DNA of 64,000 bases from Macrostomum lignano (taxonomy: Eukaryota). The stretch covers positions 1-64,000 of the forward strand of contig NIVC01000723.1 of assembly GCA_002269645.1 (NCBI GenBank), in the 5' to 3' direction. Every line of letters starts with the position of its first letter. Position 1 is the stretch's first letter. This document shows positions 1-13,100 of the stretch, one piece after another. The position numbers and the translations under genes were made by a program. Under the pieces are notes generated by a model that saw only the letters and a list, made by a program, of their open reading frames with translations, was not told the origin of the DNA and ran no database searches.

Positions 1-1226
1 CAACGACCCATACCCCTTAATGCCGGTTCACATTCACTGCTAGTACCATTACGGGTCAATTACTGTTCAAATTAGCTTTAAAAATGGGTCTGAACTCTGA
101 ACTAACTGTGCATTGAGTTGAGCAGCTCCCGTTCTTCCCTTATCTCCATCTCTATCTTCATCTTCATCTCCATACCTATCTCCTTCTCCATCTCCATCTC
201 TGTCTTTACAAGCAGCGTTAGACATGCTATGAATAAAATTGAGACAGCAATATGCTTTACATGCTACTACGAGTAAACAGAAAAACTTAATAACTGATTT
301 TTTACCTTTGAAGTTTAAATTTTTTACCTTTGAAGTTTAAATTTTCTCAAAATGTTTCCGTACAGCCAATGGACTCTTGAGAATTTTTCTGAGGAGCAAT
401 GTTACTCGACCGAAACAGTTACGATGGGTTTTGTTCCTTCACAGTCATAACAGTCATAAATTTCCTTTTTTCAGCAACTCAGTCTTTTCTTCTGCTGAAA
501 TAATACAGTCAATACTGCAGTGCAACTTAAGCTAAACTAAATATATAAGCCTGCTGGGAGCCGTCAATTTTCCCTGGGGTAATTCACGCAAATTCACCTC
601 AAAATTGCAGTCGCACACGTTTCTTCATTGTCAAACATTTTGGTCAGGAAAGCTTTTATCGAACGGCGAAGTCTAATTCGAACTTTGAGGATTCAAATCT
701 GCAGTAGACAACCAGAATTTTACGCCTGCGACTCAGGTTGGCTCAAGATGCAGGGCTGAGACAGTGCGGCTCATAACTCCCAGTCTGCATTCCTATTGCA
801 TGTTCATTTGCAGCTCAGTTTAAATGACCACTCGCTTACTAAGACTGCTTCGAGGGGGGGCACTGCTACGAGATAAATTTTAGTCAGATAGGGTTGATGC
901 TAACAATTAAATTTGTATAAGGGTGTGCTCAGAAGGTGCTGTCAAGCACTTGCCTTCACTGCAAAAAACTTGGCACTGACAGAAAAAGCACCCCACTGTG
1001 AGGGAGCAAACTTGTCAACAATGAATCAATAAAAACATCGAAGTCATTGAAATTATTGCTTCTACTTGTCAGCAGGGATTTCACTTTAATCTTCAGATCC
1101 TTGTGACATGCTTTGGTATATTTATCGACCATTAGACGATTGAATTCTGAAAAAACTGTTCAATGAATGTCGCTTAGAAAAGTCTGCTAGTCAACTATCT
1201 GACAGACTTCCATTGAAGCTTCCGGA

Positions 1227-1578
1227 TCAGCCAGGATAGAAGAAGCCATATGCTTCGATCTCGCAAATGGCAAACGCCTCGGCCTGCCGATTCAGAACTC
1301 GAACTCGACTGCCGAGCTGCCAGCAGCTGAGGTTCTTCACCAAGAATGGAGTCACAATGTTCACCTCGTGGCACACAACTCCGTCAACCAGCAGCTGGAA
1401 GTCGTTCAAACGTTGAGGGCAGCAGTCCTGCCTGTTGTATGGTGACGGATGCGACCATGGACTGCTGTGACAGCCGGCCCTCCCACCACTCAGATGGCTC
1501 GTTAAATGTGTGGCTGCAAGATCCGTCAAGATATTCTTGACGCTTGTCTCTGCTCTGAAACCCTGCTTTGAGTGCAGT
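1227..1578 (-). CDS. F-type lectin (fucolectin/FTP, F5/8-type C fold) domain exon with a frameshift near 1440
   Basis: ORF 1384..1608 gives GSCSHTFNEPSEWWEGRLSQQSMVASVT and ORF 1227..1529 gives YNRQDCCPQRLNDF...CEIEAYG. Restoring 2 nt in ACCATA(TA)CAAC joins them and gives the exact F-type lectin motif HX26RXDX4R. Acceptor ttcacag at 1579-1585; stop at 1227. Confidence 0.75.
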
Positions 1579-1683
1579 CTGTGAACAGAATCTTTCTAAT
1601 GCTTGCATTTGAAATTATAGGTGTTTTTTATTGTACTTGGTAAACGGCATAAAAATCAGAGTGACCTCGCACCTTCCACTTAC

Positions 1684-1821
1684 CTTGGACCACGCGAGCA
1701 TAAATGTCACAATGCCCGGTCCAGGAGTCCCAGTTGAAGAAGGCGGACACCGTGAAGAACCGTGAAGGGTTGTCGTCGGGTGGTGCCGGAGAGAATATAC
1801 GAGTATTTCAAGCCACATCAT
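1684..1821 (-). CDS. candidate upstream exon of the lectin gene (frame unresolved)
   Basis: GTAAG donor at 1683-1679 and GC-rich coding-like composition. The reading frame cannot be fixed without assuming an indel. Confidence 0.3.
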
Positions 1822-2279
1822 TTTGCACCCGTTCGAATTGCGAATTTCAAAAGAAAATAACTTTAACGTGCAAAAGTAAAATATGCCGAATCGCGCTTTT
1901 TATCTCTAAATAATGTTGATATTTTTATGTATGCAGCCCTACCTGAACTGAATTACTGCAACCACTATACCATGCAATGCAAGTAGCCTGAACCATTAGT
2001 CCTAAAGCCTTGTAAAGTACAAAAGTGCAGATTCCTACCATTAATCACCAAAAGAGATTCCTCTGTTCAGGTTTAACGGCGCGGACTCGTTACACAGGTC
2101 CTGCCATTTCGGCGACAGACGTTTAAGCGAAAATAATACATGTATCGCCTAAAACCTTTGAGTACCTAATTTTTAACTTTAATATTTCCGGTTATATTCA
2201 GGTCAAATAGAAAATACGTCGTACTTTATACAATAAAGACGCTGCATGGTAGAACAACATTTTGTTATTTTTTATTTGA

Positions 2280-2645
2280 GGGCGCTTTCATAAGGCCCAA
2301 TTAATTTCACATTGCCGAAAGCATCTTCCTTCACAAGGCCGAAATTTCACATTGCCGAAAAATCATTTTAGCAGCTAGTGTCTTTCACTAGGCCGAAACT
2401 AATTCACTAGGCCGAAACTATAATTCACTAGGCCGAAACTAATTCACTAGGCCGAAACTAATTCACTAGGCCGAAACTAATTCACTAGGCCGAAACTAAT
2501 TCACTAGGCCGAAACTTCACATAGCCAAAGTAGCTAAGCACGCTCTTTCATAAGTTTCGGTCTAGTAAAAGACACTACATGTACGATAGCTAAAATGATT
2601 TTTCGGCAATGTGAAATTTCGGCCTATTGCTAGTGAAACTGGCCC
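2280..2645. mobile_element. foldback/MITE-like element with long inverted arms and an internal 19-bp tandem array
   Basis: GGCCGAAATTTCACATTGCCGAAAAATCATTTTAGC (~2337-2372) is inverted at ~2589-2624. About 7 copies of TTCACTAGGCCGAAACTAA lie between them (2385-2516). Another end copy occurs at ~8245-8281. No convincing TSD. Confidence 0.5.
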
Positions 2646-4915
2646 TTGATTAGTAAACAGTGAATTCTGTTTAAGCATTCTGTTAGCACGTTTTGATTGT
2701 GCTACCATGCCTTGTCTCTTGTCCGCTGTACATCCTTGTCTCCTCCGCCCGGCCTATACCATTATTGCACTTTATTGTTCTGCTAAAATCTCTTTAACTC
2801 ACTTTTACTTTTCTATCCAAAACTGTACCACCCCATTCCTGTTCATGTTGAATTCACTGCTTTAAAACACCTTACTTATACTGCGACAAGAAAAGCTTTT
2901 CGCCAAAACGTCCTTCGCCGAATGACTGGTACCCCTGCCCCAAGGGTGCACGGCCAGCCCAAGGGAGCATAAGAAACGGTTTTTATCGCAATAAACAGAT
3001 AGACCAATAAAAAGAATATCAGTTTAATTGTACCTAAAAGGTAAGCAAATTTAGAAATATAAAACTAACTAATTACTAGGCTATATAGAGTTTTGTTATA
3101 AATGTTGAAATAATTAAAAATAAAATTATTAGACTTTTGTGTGGCAGTCGGGTTGCCACTTTGGTATAGGAGTTCGTATAATATTTTTTTGTAATTTACT
3201 AAGTTTTGGAAAATTAACTATGTGCCCCAACCCCCGGAATTTTTCGCGTAATTTTGTCAATGGTTGTATTTCGTCATTTTGTTCATAGGTTGTTCTCTCG
3301 TCCCAAGTTTTGTTCCTCCCATGCGTCCCACTTTTGAAGCGATGTTTCCCCACTCTTGTCTTGTTATTTTTTCTGGTTCATTTCTGCGTTGTCCGCCTCT
3401 GCCCAACCTTGTGCCCACTCCTTTGCCCAACCCGCTGCCCAGCTGCCCGTCCAAGTTTCGCCCCTGTTGTTGATTTTTTTTGCTATCTATTTATTTTGCC
3501 TGTTTTCAAGCGCACTCTCGCTCACTCTCGCGCACGCTCGCTCACTCTCTCTCTCGCTCCCACTCTCTTTCTCTTTTTGCCCAACCGACCCCTAAGTAAT
3601 TATATTTTAATTAAGCCTCAAAAAAGTAACCGTACTAGGCGTACAAGCCGCATTTAAATCTCTTAGTGCACCGCGGCTCTGCTCGAGGAAATTATTTCAG
3701 TCGTACTTAAATTAACTTTTACCTGCCTGCTAAACAATAATCTTTTTATATTCAGTTAAATAATAATAATAAAATTTAATTATCGATAACACCATTTCAT
3801 AACTACTTCGTTAAGCCCATAGCCTATCTTGAGTTATTTGCCCGTGGGGCGTAAAATAACCGAAATCTCATCTCAAAGAAAGCTCTGAGACCATTAGACG
3901 TTCCGTAATACGAGAATTACGGTGGTGGCAGCTCTACCCTACTAAAAGTAATCTGTGCGACAAATCGACCAACCAGCCTACGTGACAAAATCTTCGACGT
4001 CTACCATTTGAACGACCGCGCCGCTAACGACCGCTCCGCTACGATTGCAACTACCCTCCCCCCGGAATTTGAGGACCCCGGCTGTCGGAGTAAAAGGAGA
4101 AGAAATTCGTTGGGATTCACCTGCGCGATTTTTTCCGGCTTTATTCGTGCGAACTAAACGCCAGCGGCTATTCAAACGAGGAACCCGCCCCACCTCAGTT
4201 TGGTGTCAGCAAATTTTCAAAAGCAACAGTTCCAAGAAAATTTTTCTCCACCCCCACCTCACTTGCTTGTTCTGATCGAGCTCGCGATGTTCAGGATGTT
4301 ATTAAGCTCTAGGCTTGAAAAGTCTTTCAAAGTTTTGCATGCTTTTGCAAAGCTTTGCATGACATTTTGGAATTTAAAATTTCGATCTTGCCTTGATAAC
4401 TTTTGGACTTTAGAAGGTCTAGGCTAGGCTAGGCCTAATTAGATTTTTAGCGATATCTAAATATAGCCTATAATGCTAATGCAATTGACTAATAGCTACT
4501 CAACTTTTATAAATCATTGGTATTAGGCCTAATAGCAATTAGCATCAAGTCTAATACTTAGGCATCAATATAGCCTAGGCTAGGACCTATTCCCTAATAT
4601 CTTTTAGTTTTAAATAAATCTATACAATTCAATGTATTCAATGTATAAGGAAAAATTTTTTTGGCTTTGGCCTAAGCCTAGGCTAGGCCTAAGTATTGTT
4701 CATAATAAAAAGTAATTTTTATTCAAAAAACTTTATAAACCATTATCATTATAGGAGGTTATTCAGTTATTGGGGTGTCAGTATAAGTGGCTAAATATGT
4801 TTGCTTGTGCCTCCTTTTAATTTCAATTAGCCTTTTAACTAAATGGCTCTCAAAAGCTTTGACCAGAAGTTTGCTCAATTGTTAGGTTGCCAGTTTGCTT
4901 TAACTTAAGGTGTAT

Positions 4916-5343
4916 TGGTGTAAGACCAAGATGGCCATATACCAAGATGGCCACAACATTGAATCTCTTTCACGTCTTTGGCTCTGTTCCTCTTTTTATC
5001 ATTAATTAGCAACATAGTAGCTATTATTATATTAATTATTATGTTTAATCAATCATATTCATAAATACTAATGCAATAATAGATTTGATTAGATAATAAA
5101 AAAACTTTAATATTTGCAACAAGGCAAAGTATTTATTTTGTTACCAAAAGAATGATTATAATATAGGGGCCTAGGCCCTAATATAATACAATTCCATTAT
5201 AGGCCTAGCATCTTTTAGCATCTATTTTTCTAATTATTACTAATAGGAAATAAGTGAAATATATAGACCTAGGCTTAATATTATCTATTTAGACACTTAG
5301 AGCTGTGGCTATCTTAGTATGTGGCCATCTTGGTCATGCGCCA
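4916..5343. mobile_element. MITE-like element with ~32-40 bp imperfect terminal inverted repeats
   Basis: GACCAAGATGGCCATATACCAAGATGGCCACA (4924-4955) versus its reverse complement at 5304-5335 with 3 mismatches. AT-rich non-coding interior. Confidence 0.5.
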
Positions 5344-6161
5344 TTTGCTCAATCACAAGTTGGAAAATTTATAATTTTATACACTTATATTTATATAACA
5401 AAATCTGTCTCAGTCAGCAATATTTCAAATCATTAGCAATAGACGCAAAAGAGTTCGAGTGCAACCCAATAGCAAGAAAGTCTAGGAATTATTTTTGTTA
5501 TGAAAGTTTGGATGCCTGCATGCCAATTTCATATGAACAACAAGATTGGACCCAGTCATTGTGCATTATTTGGCAGCTCCACCAGTGTTGCAGCAGTATC
5601 AATGTTGCAGATCTTGGGTGCTGATCTCAGCAATTTTTGTGAAGATCAGGCATTTTTAGTGCAAGCCTATTCCAGCCAGCTGAACTTTTTAACTTTCACT
5701 TGTGCAAACAATTAAGTGTGAGAAGCACAATGAACTCCTGCTGAACTGGTCTTGCTGTCCTGGGCTGATCGGCTGCTTGTAGTGTGCATACTGCTGAGAT
5801 TGTTGATGCTGCTGATTGGGTCCTCTTGGTGCCATCCAGCCTCAGCCAAATGACTCGACTAGATGACACAATCAGGTGACATGTCTAGGTGCCCTAGTCT
5901 ATCCCTGTTCCTAAACTTATGAACATTTTTCTTATGGCTCATAATCATATTAGGCCTATATATAAGATTTTAACTTAGGCCAAATAATCCAAGGTTTTTG
6001 ATATTTTAGTATTTAAAGTTTTTCTAATAGGCAAAATAAAATTGATTGAGTTGTTAAAGCTCTCAAATTGTCAGACTCAAAGCAAGAAGTTTTCAAAGTC
6101 TATTGAAAAATACTAGGCAGGCCTGAGATATATAAAAGCTCAATAGAAGTATTAATAAAAA

Positions 6162-6299
6162 GCTTTAGCTTTATATATATAATAGCAAGTATATATAGCA
6201 AGTATATATATATAGCAAGTATGTTTAGTCATATAATTATATAATTATAATATATATACTTGCTATATATACTTGCTATTATATATATAAAGCTAAAGC
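6162..6299. repeat. perfect 49-bp inverted repeat with 40-nt spacer (AT-rich hairpin/cruciform)
   Basis: 6162-6210 is the exact reverse complement of 6251-6299. Confidence 0.85.
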
Positions 6300-7959
6300 A
6301 TTTTATTATATATATATATATATTTTAATTGTTGAAATAGAGAAAATTGTTGAAATATCAAAGCTTATAAAAAATAGCAAAATACCATGGCTTGTAGGAT
6401 TCACTTAAATGCTTTAGGCCTAAGCCAAAGTTCATTAGTCATAAGGGATCTGATACCTTAGGCTAAATAACTAGCTTTTAAAATAGATACTATTTGCTTT
6501 AAATATCTTTTTTAATTAATTAATAATAGACTTAGTGATTATTATTTTTTGTCTTTTAATAGAGACATAGATTGCTAGCAGTCTTCAGAGTCATGCGCAA
6601 ATTTGATTGTCACAAGCACAAATGTGTGAATTCTAAAGATATGGCGCGAATTTCCTTGTCCATCAGAGGTACAAATTTGGAAGTATAATTTCCTCTTTTG
6701 TCTATATATACTATGTTTTACTACTTGGTTCTACCTGACTATATAAGTTCTGTGTTGCATTCTCTAACACAGTAGATCCTAAATCTTTGTATTAATGGTA
6801 TTTCTTAGTTTCTTAGTCATGATCTGCAAGCAAATTGCAACCAAATTTGTGTTGATGTTTGCAAATTCAATTATTTTGTTTAAGTACATATATTGGATAT
6901 ACACCTAGGCAGTAGCAAATGCAGGGGAGGGGGCTTTGCTAGCTGGAGCCCCCCATTCACCCCAGAAAAGCCATTTTTGTGGGCACACAAACCCCTAAAA
7001 AGGTCATTAAAAATGTCTATCTAAAAAGTCATTTGGCGTGCAGACTTGTCAAGTTAAGCTCCTGGTTCCACCACTGCACCTACATTAGGTTTTATAGTAG
7101 AGAACTCATAGGCAAGAAAATTTACACAAGGTTTGAAAAATTGCATACCCCGGCACCGAATACTGATTGCTAGTCTTATTACATATAAATATTTTTTTAT
7201 ATAAAGTATCACCTTATCTCAAAACAAAAGACAGAGCAGAGGTTAATAATTGTTAGTTAAAATAGAACTAGCAAGCAGCTCCCTCTATTGGGGAGGCAAC
7301 AGAATAGAATTTTTTTTTAATAAACTATATATGGCTTCTAACCTTTTAGCTTTGACATCTTAGCAATTTTTCCATATGCCTACAAAAGAACAAAGAGGAT
7401 ATAAGATAGTAAGAGCCTTTAAAAGAACAAAAATACTTTTTAGTCTAGCTTTTAGTTTTAATTTGCTATTGATAAATTTGACATAAGGATATCTTAGTTG
7501 CTTGCTGCATAGACGGATTAAAGCTATTATAAAGATAACATAAAGAGTGCCATTTAGGGGCTATTAGAGCACCATTTGGGTGCCATATAGATACCATTAT
7601 AACATCATTTGGATGCCACAAGCTATTGAAACCTGCAGATATTGAACCCACTGAATTCTAATCCCTGGAACTAATTTTGCATCTATTCTTAAACTGAAGT
7701 CATACTCAAAAAAACTTGTTAATACTTGGGATAGAGCTAAACAAAAATTGGAATGAATTTGTGTTACAAATTTGCTGTGACACATTGACAATATAGTGTC
7801 ACTTTTTCAAAGCAGTTTGAAGACCACTTGTCTCAAGATTAAGATTTGAGGCAAGCATTGATTTTGTCAGCTGGGGTTTAGGCAATGTCTGTCTTAAGCA
7901 TGCATTGCCTAACTCTGGCCTCTGTCTCTCACTATCCCTTGGGTCCTTTGAAACTTCTC

Positions 7960-8180
7960 TCCTCTCCTCTCTTCTCTTCTTTTTTTCTTTTCTCATCTCA
8001 TCTCATCTTATCTTCTCTCCTCTCTTCTACTCGTAATTTCTCTCTCCTCCCTCCTCCTCCCCTAATCTCTGCTCTTTTATCTTTTCTCCCTCTATTCTCT
8101 ATCTTCCATCCTCTCCTCTCTCCTGATCTCCTCTCCTCTCTTCTCTTTTCTCTATCCTCTATTTTCTCCTCTATTTTCAC
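7960..8180. repeat. CT-rich low-complexity tract
   Basis: Degenerate (CTCT/CTT)n. Confidence 0.8.
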
Positions 8181-9234
8181 CACACTTTACAAGACCCAAA
8201 CTTCACATAAAAGAAAGCTTAATGCAACAAGGACCATGTAGAATTTTCGGCGTTGTGAAATTTCGGTCTTGTGAAGCGCCTTGCATATTGAGTTTTCGTC
8301 GCTGACAAAAACGAACTAGTTAACTTTAAAAGTGCACAGAGCCGTTCAAGATTAACTTTGAGACCCTAAATTTCACACGATTGCACCTAAATAGTTGAAG
8401 ATTGTTTGTGTCGAATTTGAGTACGATTGGTAAAGTGAAGCGGCGCTACCGATCTATGGAGTAATTAGTGAAACAAGCACGCTTTTTAACAGCTTAAATT
8501 GCTTTTTTAGGTACGAAGACTTCAATTTAGGAAATTTAAAGATAGCCAAAGACATTCTCCGTAGTGAATTTAGGCTGGGTGCAAAATTTGGTGTCATATT
8601 GAGCGGTTTGGGAGTCCATAGCGAATAAATTTTAACACAGACACACAGAGCTACTTAAATGCCTTTTCTTTGCTGGGCTCCAAGTATTCGTTTGTTTTTC
8701 CGTTTTCAGATATAGTCAAGGGGTTTACTGAAATTTTAATTAAAGTGCATTCTTAACAGATTAGTACAGATATGAGTGTCATATTTTTGCATGTTCCATT
8801 TTCGTGATAATAATTTTCACCTTTGAGCTTTCAGATTGGAGCTTGGGGAGGGGGGGTAGGGTGGCGTACGCAGTGACAGTATCTCCTTCCACTGCTAGTT
8901 GGTGCGCACGAGTACCAGAGCGAGAAATTTCTTCTCCGCGCTAATAGCCTGCCCCTGTGTCCTCACCCACTCACTGCCAGAATCGCACTTGATCTCGTCC
9001 GACCCTTAGCTGAGCTTTGAACTCTGAAGTTCGTTTAGCTGAGTAGCTAAGGCCGGGGCTTCTCTCGCTACCTGTTTCTGAGCACTCGCTTAAGCTTAAC
9101 TAACTAGCGGTTACCGTGGCGGCCTCAAGCACATTTTAGATTCTATTAATATACGTGTCCATAGATATAGATTTAGATATATAATATACGGTTATTTCAA
9201 CAATCAATTACTGCAGGCAAACTGAAGCCCCCGT

Positions 9235-10309
9235 ATGACCAGTCGAAACGGTAGCAGCGGCGGCTCATGTTGGGGCCTGGCCGCTTTGGCGCGCCGGTTG
9301 CACAGTCCGGATCTCGTAGCCAGCTTTCAAGCCGCCTGCGGAGTGGAATTTCTCCATAGCAACGGCCCTAGCAACGATGGCACAGATAGCGGCGTTAGCT
9401 CCACGCCGCCGCAACAAGAGGTGGACGCCTCAGCTCCGGGTGCCGACGAGATTTCTTTGAGTTCGTCGGATCGGGACAGCGAGGACTCGGGCTTCGCGGC
9501 TGTGCCAAACAATCACCAGGATGTGGCCAGCGCTGCGGCGGAGAAACTGCGGGCGGAATCGGAGTCCCGCCTGATCGACAGTACAATGCAGAATCACGTG
9601 CAATTCAGGATTAGAAGCCGCCTGCTGTACAGTCTGTTTGTGTTCGGGGCCGCTCTTGGCAATGAGGAATTCTACCTCACATTCTTCCCCTACTGGTTCT
9701 GGAATGTCGACGGCTATGCTGGCAGGCGGGTTCTCATTGTGTGGGCAGCGTCTATGTATGTCGGCCAGGCGCTCAAGGAGATCATGCAGATTCCCCGGCC
9801 AGCCAGCCCGCCAGTGGCCAAGCAGGAGAAGCGCTACGAGTTGGAGTACGGGTTCCCGTCTACTCACGCCACCATCGGTGTGGCCATACCGTTTGCGCTG
9901 TTCTTCCTCACTCAGGAGCGGTATCTGGTGAGCGGCTCTGGCCTCTGAGCTTGCGGGGGCTGCAGACAGAAGGGCTTACGGACAGGCGGACAGGTTGACG
10001 GACAGATACTAAGACACTAAGACAGACAGACAGACACTAAGACACTAAGACAGACAGACAGAGAGACAGGCAAACAGACAGACAGACAGACAGAAGGACA
10101 AACAGACAGACAGACAGAGAGAGAGACAGGGAAACAGACAGACAGACAGACAGAGAGAGAGACAGGGAAACAGACAGACAGACAGACAGACAGACAGAGA
10201 GACAGGCAAATAGACAGACAGACAGACAGACAGACAGAAACAGACAGACAGACCGACAAACAGACAGACAGAAAGACAGACAGAAAGACAGACGGACACA
10301 CAGAGAGAC

Positions 10310-10340
<31 letters not shown>

Positions 10341-12101
10341 CCAAGACACTTAGACAGACAGACAAACACCAAGACACTTAGACAGACAGACACTAATACA
10401 GACTGGCTTTCTAACAAGAAGACAGCCAAACAAATAAACAAACAGACAAACAGACTCACAGATAGGCTGACAGACAGACAGACAAACAAAGAAACACGGA
10501 CAGAAAGACACTAAAACAAAACACAAAGCAGAGAAGCAGAAAGAAAAGCAGACACAAAGTAAGCTACCCTGTCATGCACAGACACTCAGCATCGCTAAAC
10601 TGCAGCCATGCACCATATATAGCTATTCTATAAGTTCCCCTCACCCCACAACCCTTTCCATTCGCCCAGTACTCGTGGAGCCTGGGACTCGCCGTGTGCA
10701 TCTGCTGGTCCATGCTGGTGTGCCTGAGCCGCATCTACCTCGGCATGCACAGCTTTCTGGTGAGTTGGCCTTGTACAGTGATGGATATAATTTTGTTGTC
10801 TAAAAAGACAAATTGACAAAGCTTTCTAGCTTGTAAATAATTTACCCAAGCATAATCTCACCCGACCGAAGAATCTCACCTTTTTTAAATCTCACCTGAA
10901 AATCTCACCCTTAACCTGCATAATCTCACCTTATCTACGAGTATCATATTATTACGCGAGAATATCACCCTATCTATCAAAATCTCATCTGAGAATCTCA
11001 CCGTTACCCAACATAACCTCACCCTATCCATTATAATCTAGCTGGATAATCTCACCCTATCTATATTCTTCCCCGAGAAGCTCACCATATTTATCATAAT
11101 CTCACATGAGAATTCCACCCTATCTATTATAGTCTCATCTGACAGTCTCGCGCTATCCATTATAATCTTGCTCGATAATCTCACCCTATCTATTGTAATT
11201 TCTCATGAGAAACTCGCCCTATGTATTGTAGTCTCACGCTATCTATCAAAATATTAGCTGAGAATCTCACCCTATTTTTTAGAATCTCACCTGATAATCC
11301 CATCCTTACCCAACATAATCTCACCCTATCCATCATAATCTCACCTGAGAATCTCACCCTTACCCAACATAATCTCACCTGAGAATCTCATCCTTACCCA
11401 AGATAATCTCACCTGAGAATCTCACCCTTACCCAACATAATCTCACCTGAGAACCTCATTCTTACCCAAGATAATCTCACCTGAGAATCTCACCCTATCC
11501 AGCACTGTCTCACCTCGCAGGACGTGATCGCTGGCGCCCTCCTAGGTGTCATATTTCTAGTGGTTCTGTACCCCTACCTGGACCGGCTGGACCGCCTGGT
11601 GCTGACCAACCCCAACACTGGCTGGGCCCTGCCCTCGCTCCTGATCCTGCTGTGCCTGGCCTACCCGTCAATGCAGAGATGGAACACGGCTAGGGGGATT
11701 CTACCACCATCCTTGCCGGTCTGTGCGGAATATACGTCGGTGCCTGGCTAGCCTACCAGCACAATATGTACGACCGGCCTAAGCTGCCGCCGCCTTATCA
11801 GGTGAAATTTCCGCCAGACTTGGAGTTCTTCGGCACTTCAGCCGTGCGGATGGCCCTGGGCGGCACCCTGCTCATGGCTATTCGCGCTGTCTCCAAGTTC
11901 GCCTTTTACCGGGGTCTCTGCCGGCTGTACGGGTTGGACTTTAGCGACGCCAAAAATGCCCAGCTGTTGAAAGTTGAACTGCCTTACAAGTTTGCCACCT
12001 ACACTCTGGTATCGTTCAGCGTCACCTACGTATCGCCGCTGCTGTTCCGCGGAATCGGCATTCACAGGATTGTCGAGTTTACCGATCTGGATCCGGATTA
12101 G
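9235..12101 (+). CDS. SGPP1: sphingosine-1-phosphate phosphatase (SGPP1/2-like, PAP2 family), ~454 aa after correcting one frameshift
   Basis: Exons 9235-9927, 10670-10759 and 11521-12101, all GT-AG and phase 0. PAP2 motifs: KEIMQIPRP (C1), GFPSTH (C2), SRIYLGMHSFL|D (C3). N-terminal LHSPDLVASFQAACGV is typical of SGPP. One G missing in the G run at 11693-11697 breaks the expected ARGDSTTILAG. The symbol denotes family, not verified orthology. Confidence 0.9.
9995..10510. repeat. (GACA)n microsatellite in SGPP intron 1
   Basis: Direct reading. Confidence 0.9.
10850..11500. repeat. AATCTCACC-based degenerate minisatellite in SGPP intron 2
   Basis: Recurring ATAATCTCACCTGAGAATCTCACCC units. 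Confidence 0.85.
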
Positions 12102-12199
12102 TATGACTGGTTTATCTCCGGGCGGACAATGGCTAGCGCGAGCTGTGCGACTCAAACCCTGTGACTAATGAAAGCCGTGTTTTAATCCCGTCTCCCATC

Positions 12200-13100
12200 A
12201 TCCAAAACCCCAATTCGTAAATCCCCACCTCCCAGAATCCAAATTGATATTCCTGTCATTCAAAACTGCCAAATTGAAATCCCAAATTGAAATCCCCATC
12301 ATCGAAATACCAAGTTAAAGTCCCAAATTGAAATCCCAACCATCGAAATCTCGAATTGAAATCCCCACCATCGAAATCCCAAATTGAAATCCCAACCATT
12401 GAAATCCCAAATTGAAATCCCTACCATCGAAATCCCAAATTGAAATCCCAACCATTGAAATCCCAAATTGAAATCCCTACCATCGAAATCCCAAGTTGAA
12501 ATCCCTACCATCGAAATTCCAAATTGAAATCCCCACCATCGAAATCCCAAGTTGAAATCCCAATCATTGAAATCCCAACCATTGAAATCCCAACCTTTGA
12601 AATTCCAACCTTTGAAATTCCAACCTTTGAAATTCCAAATTGAAATCCCAACCATTGAAATCCCAACCTTTGAAATTCCAACCTTTGAAATTCCAACCTT
12701 TGAAATTCCAACCTTTGAAATTCCAAATTGAAATCCCAACCATTGAAATCCCAAATTGAAATCCCAACCATTGAAATCCCAACCTTTGAAATTCCAACCT
12801 TTGAAATTCCAACCTTTGAAATTCCAACCTTTGAAATTCCAAATTGAAATCCCAACCATTGAAATCCCAAATTGAAATCCCAACCATTGAAATCCCAACC
12901 TTTGAAATTCCAACCTTTGAAATTCCAACCTTTGAAATTCCAAATTGAAATCCCAACCATTGAAATCCCAAATTGAAATCCCTACCATCGAAATCCCAAA
13001 TTGAAATCCCAACCATTGAAATCCCAAATTGAAATCCCTACCATCGAAATCCCAAGTTGAAATCCCTACCATCGAAATCTCGAATTGAAATCCCCATTTC
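12200..13100. repeat. TTGAAATCCCAACC/AAATTGAAATCCC tandem array downstream of SGPP
   Basis: Alternating ~12-15 bp subunits. Confidence 0.9.

Noticed and set aside
3129-4427. Cluster of short ORFs and promoter-like GC patches
   Set aside because: No recognisable domain; may be decayed DNA-transposon sequence, but termini could not be defined.
8290-8660. Helitron/DINE-like fragments (also ~43300-43395 and ~46140-46206)
   Set aside because: Only suggestive end motifs (ACAGACA microsatellite, TTAGTATAGA/AATAGAT); boundaries and hairpins could not be established.
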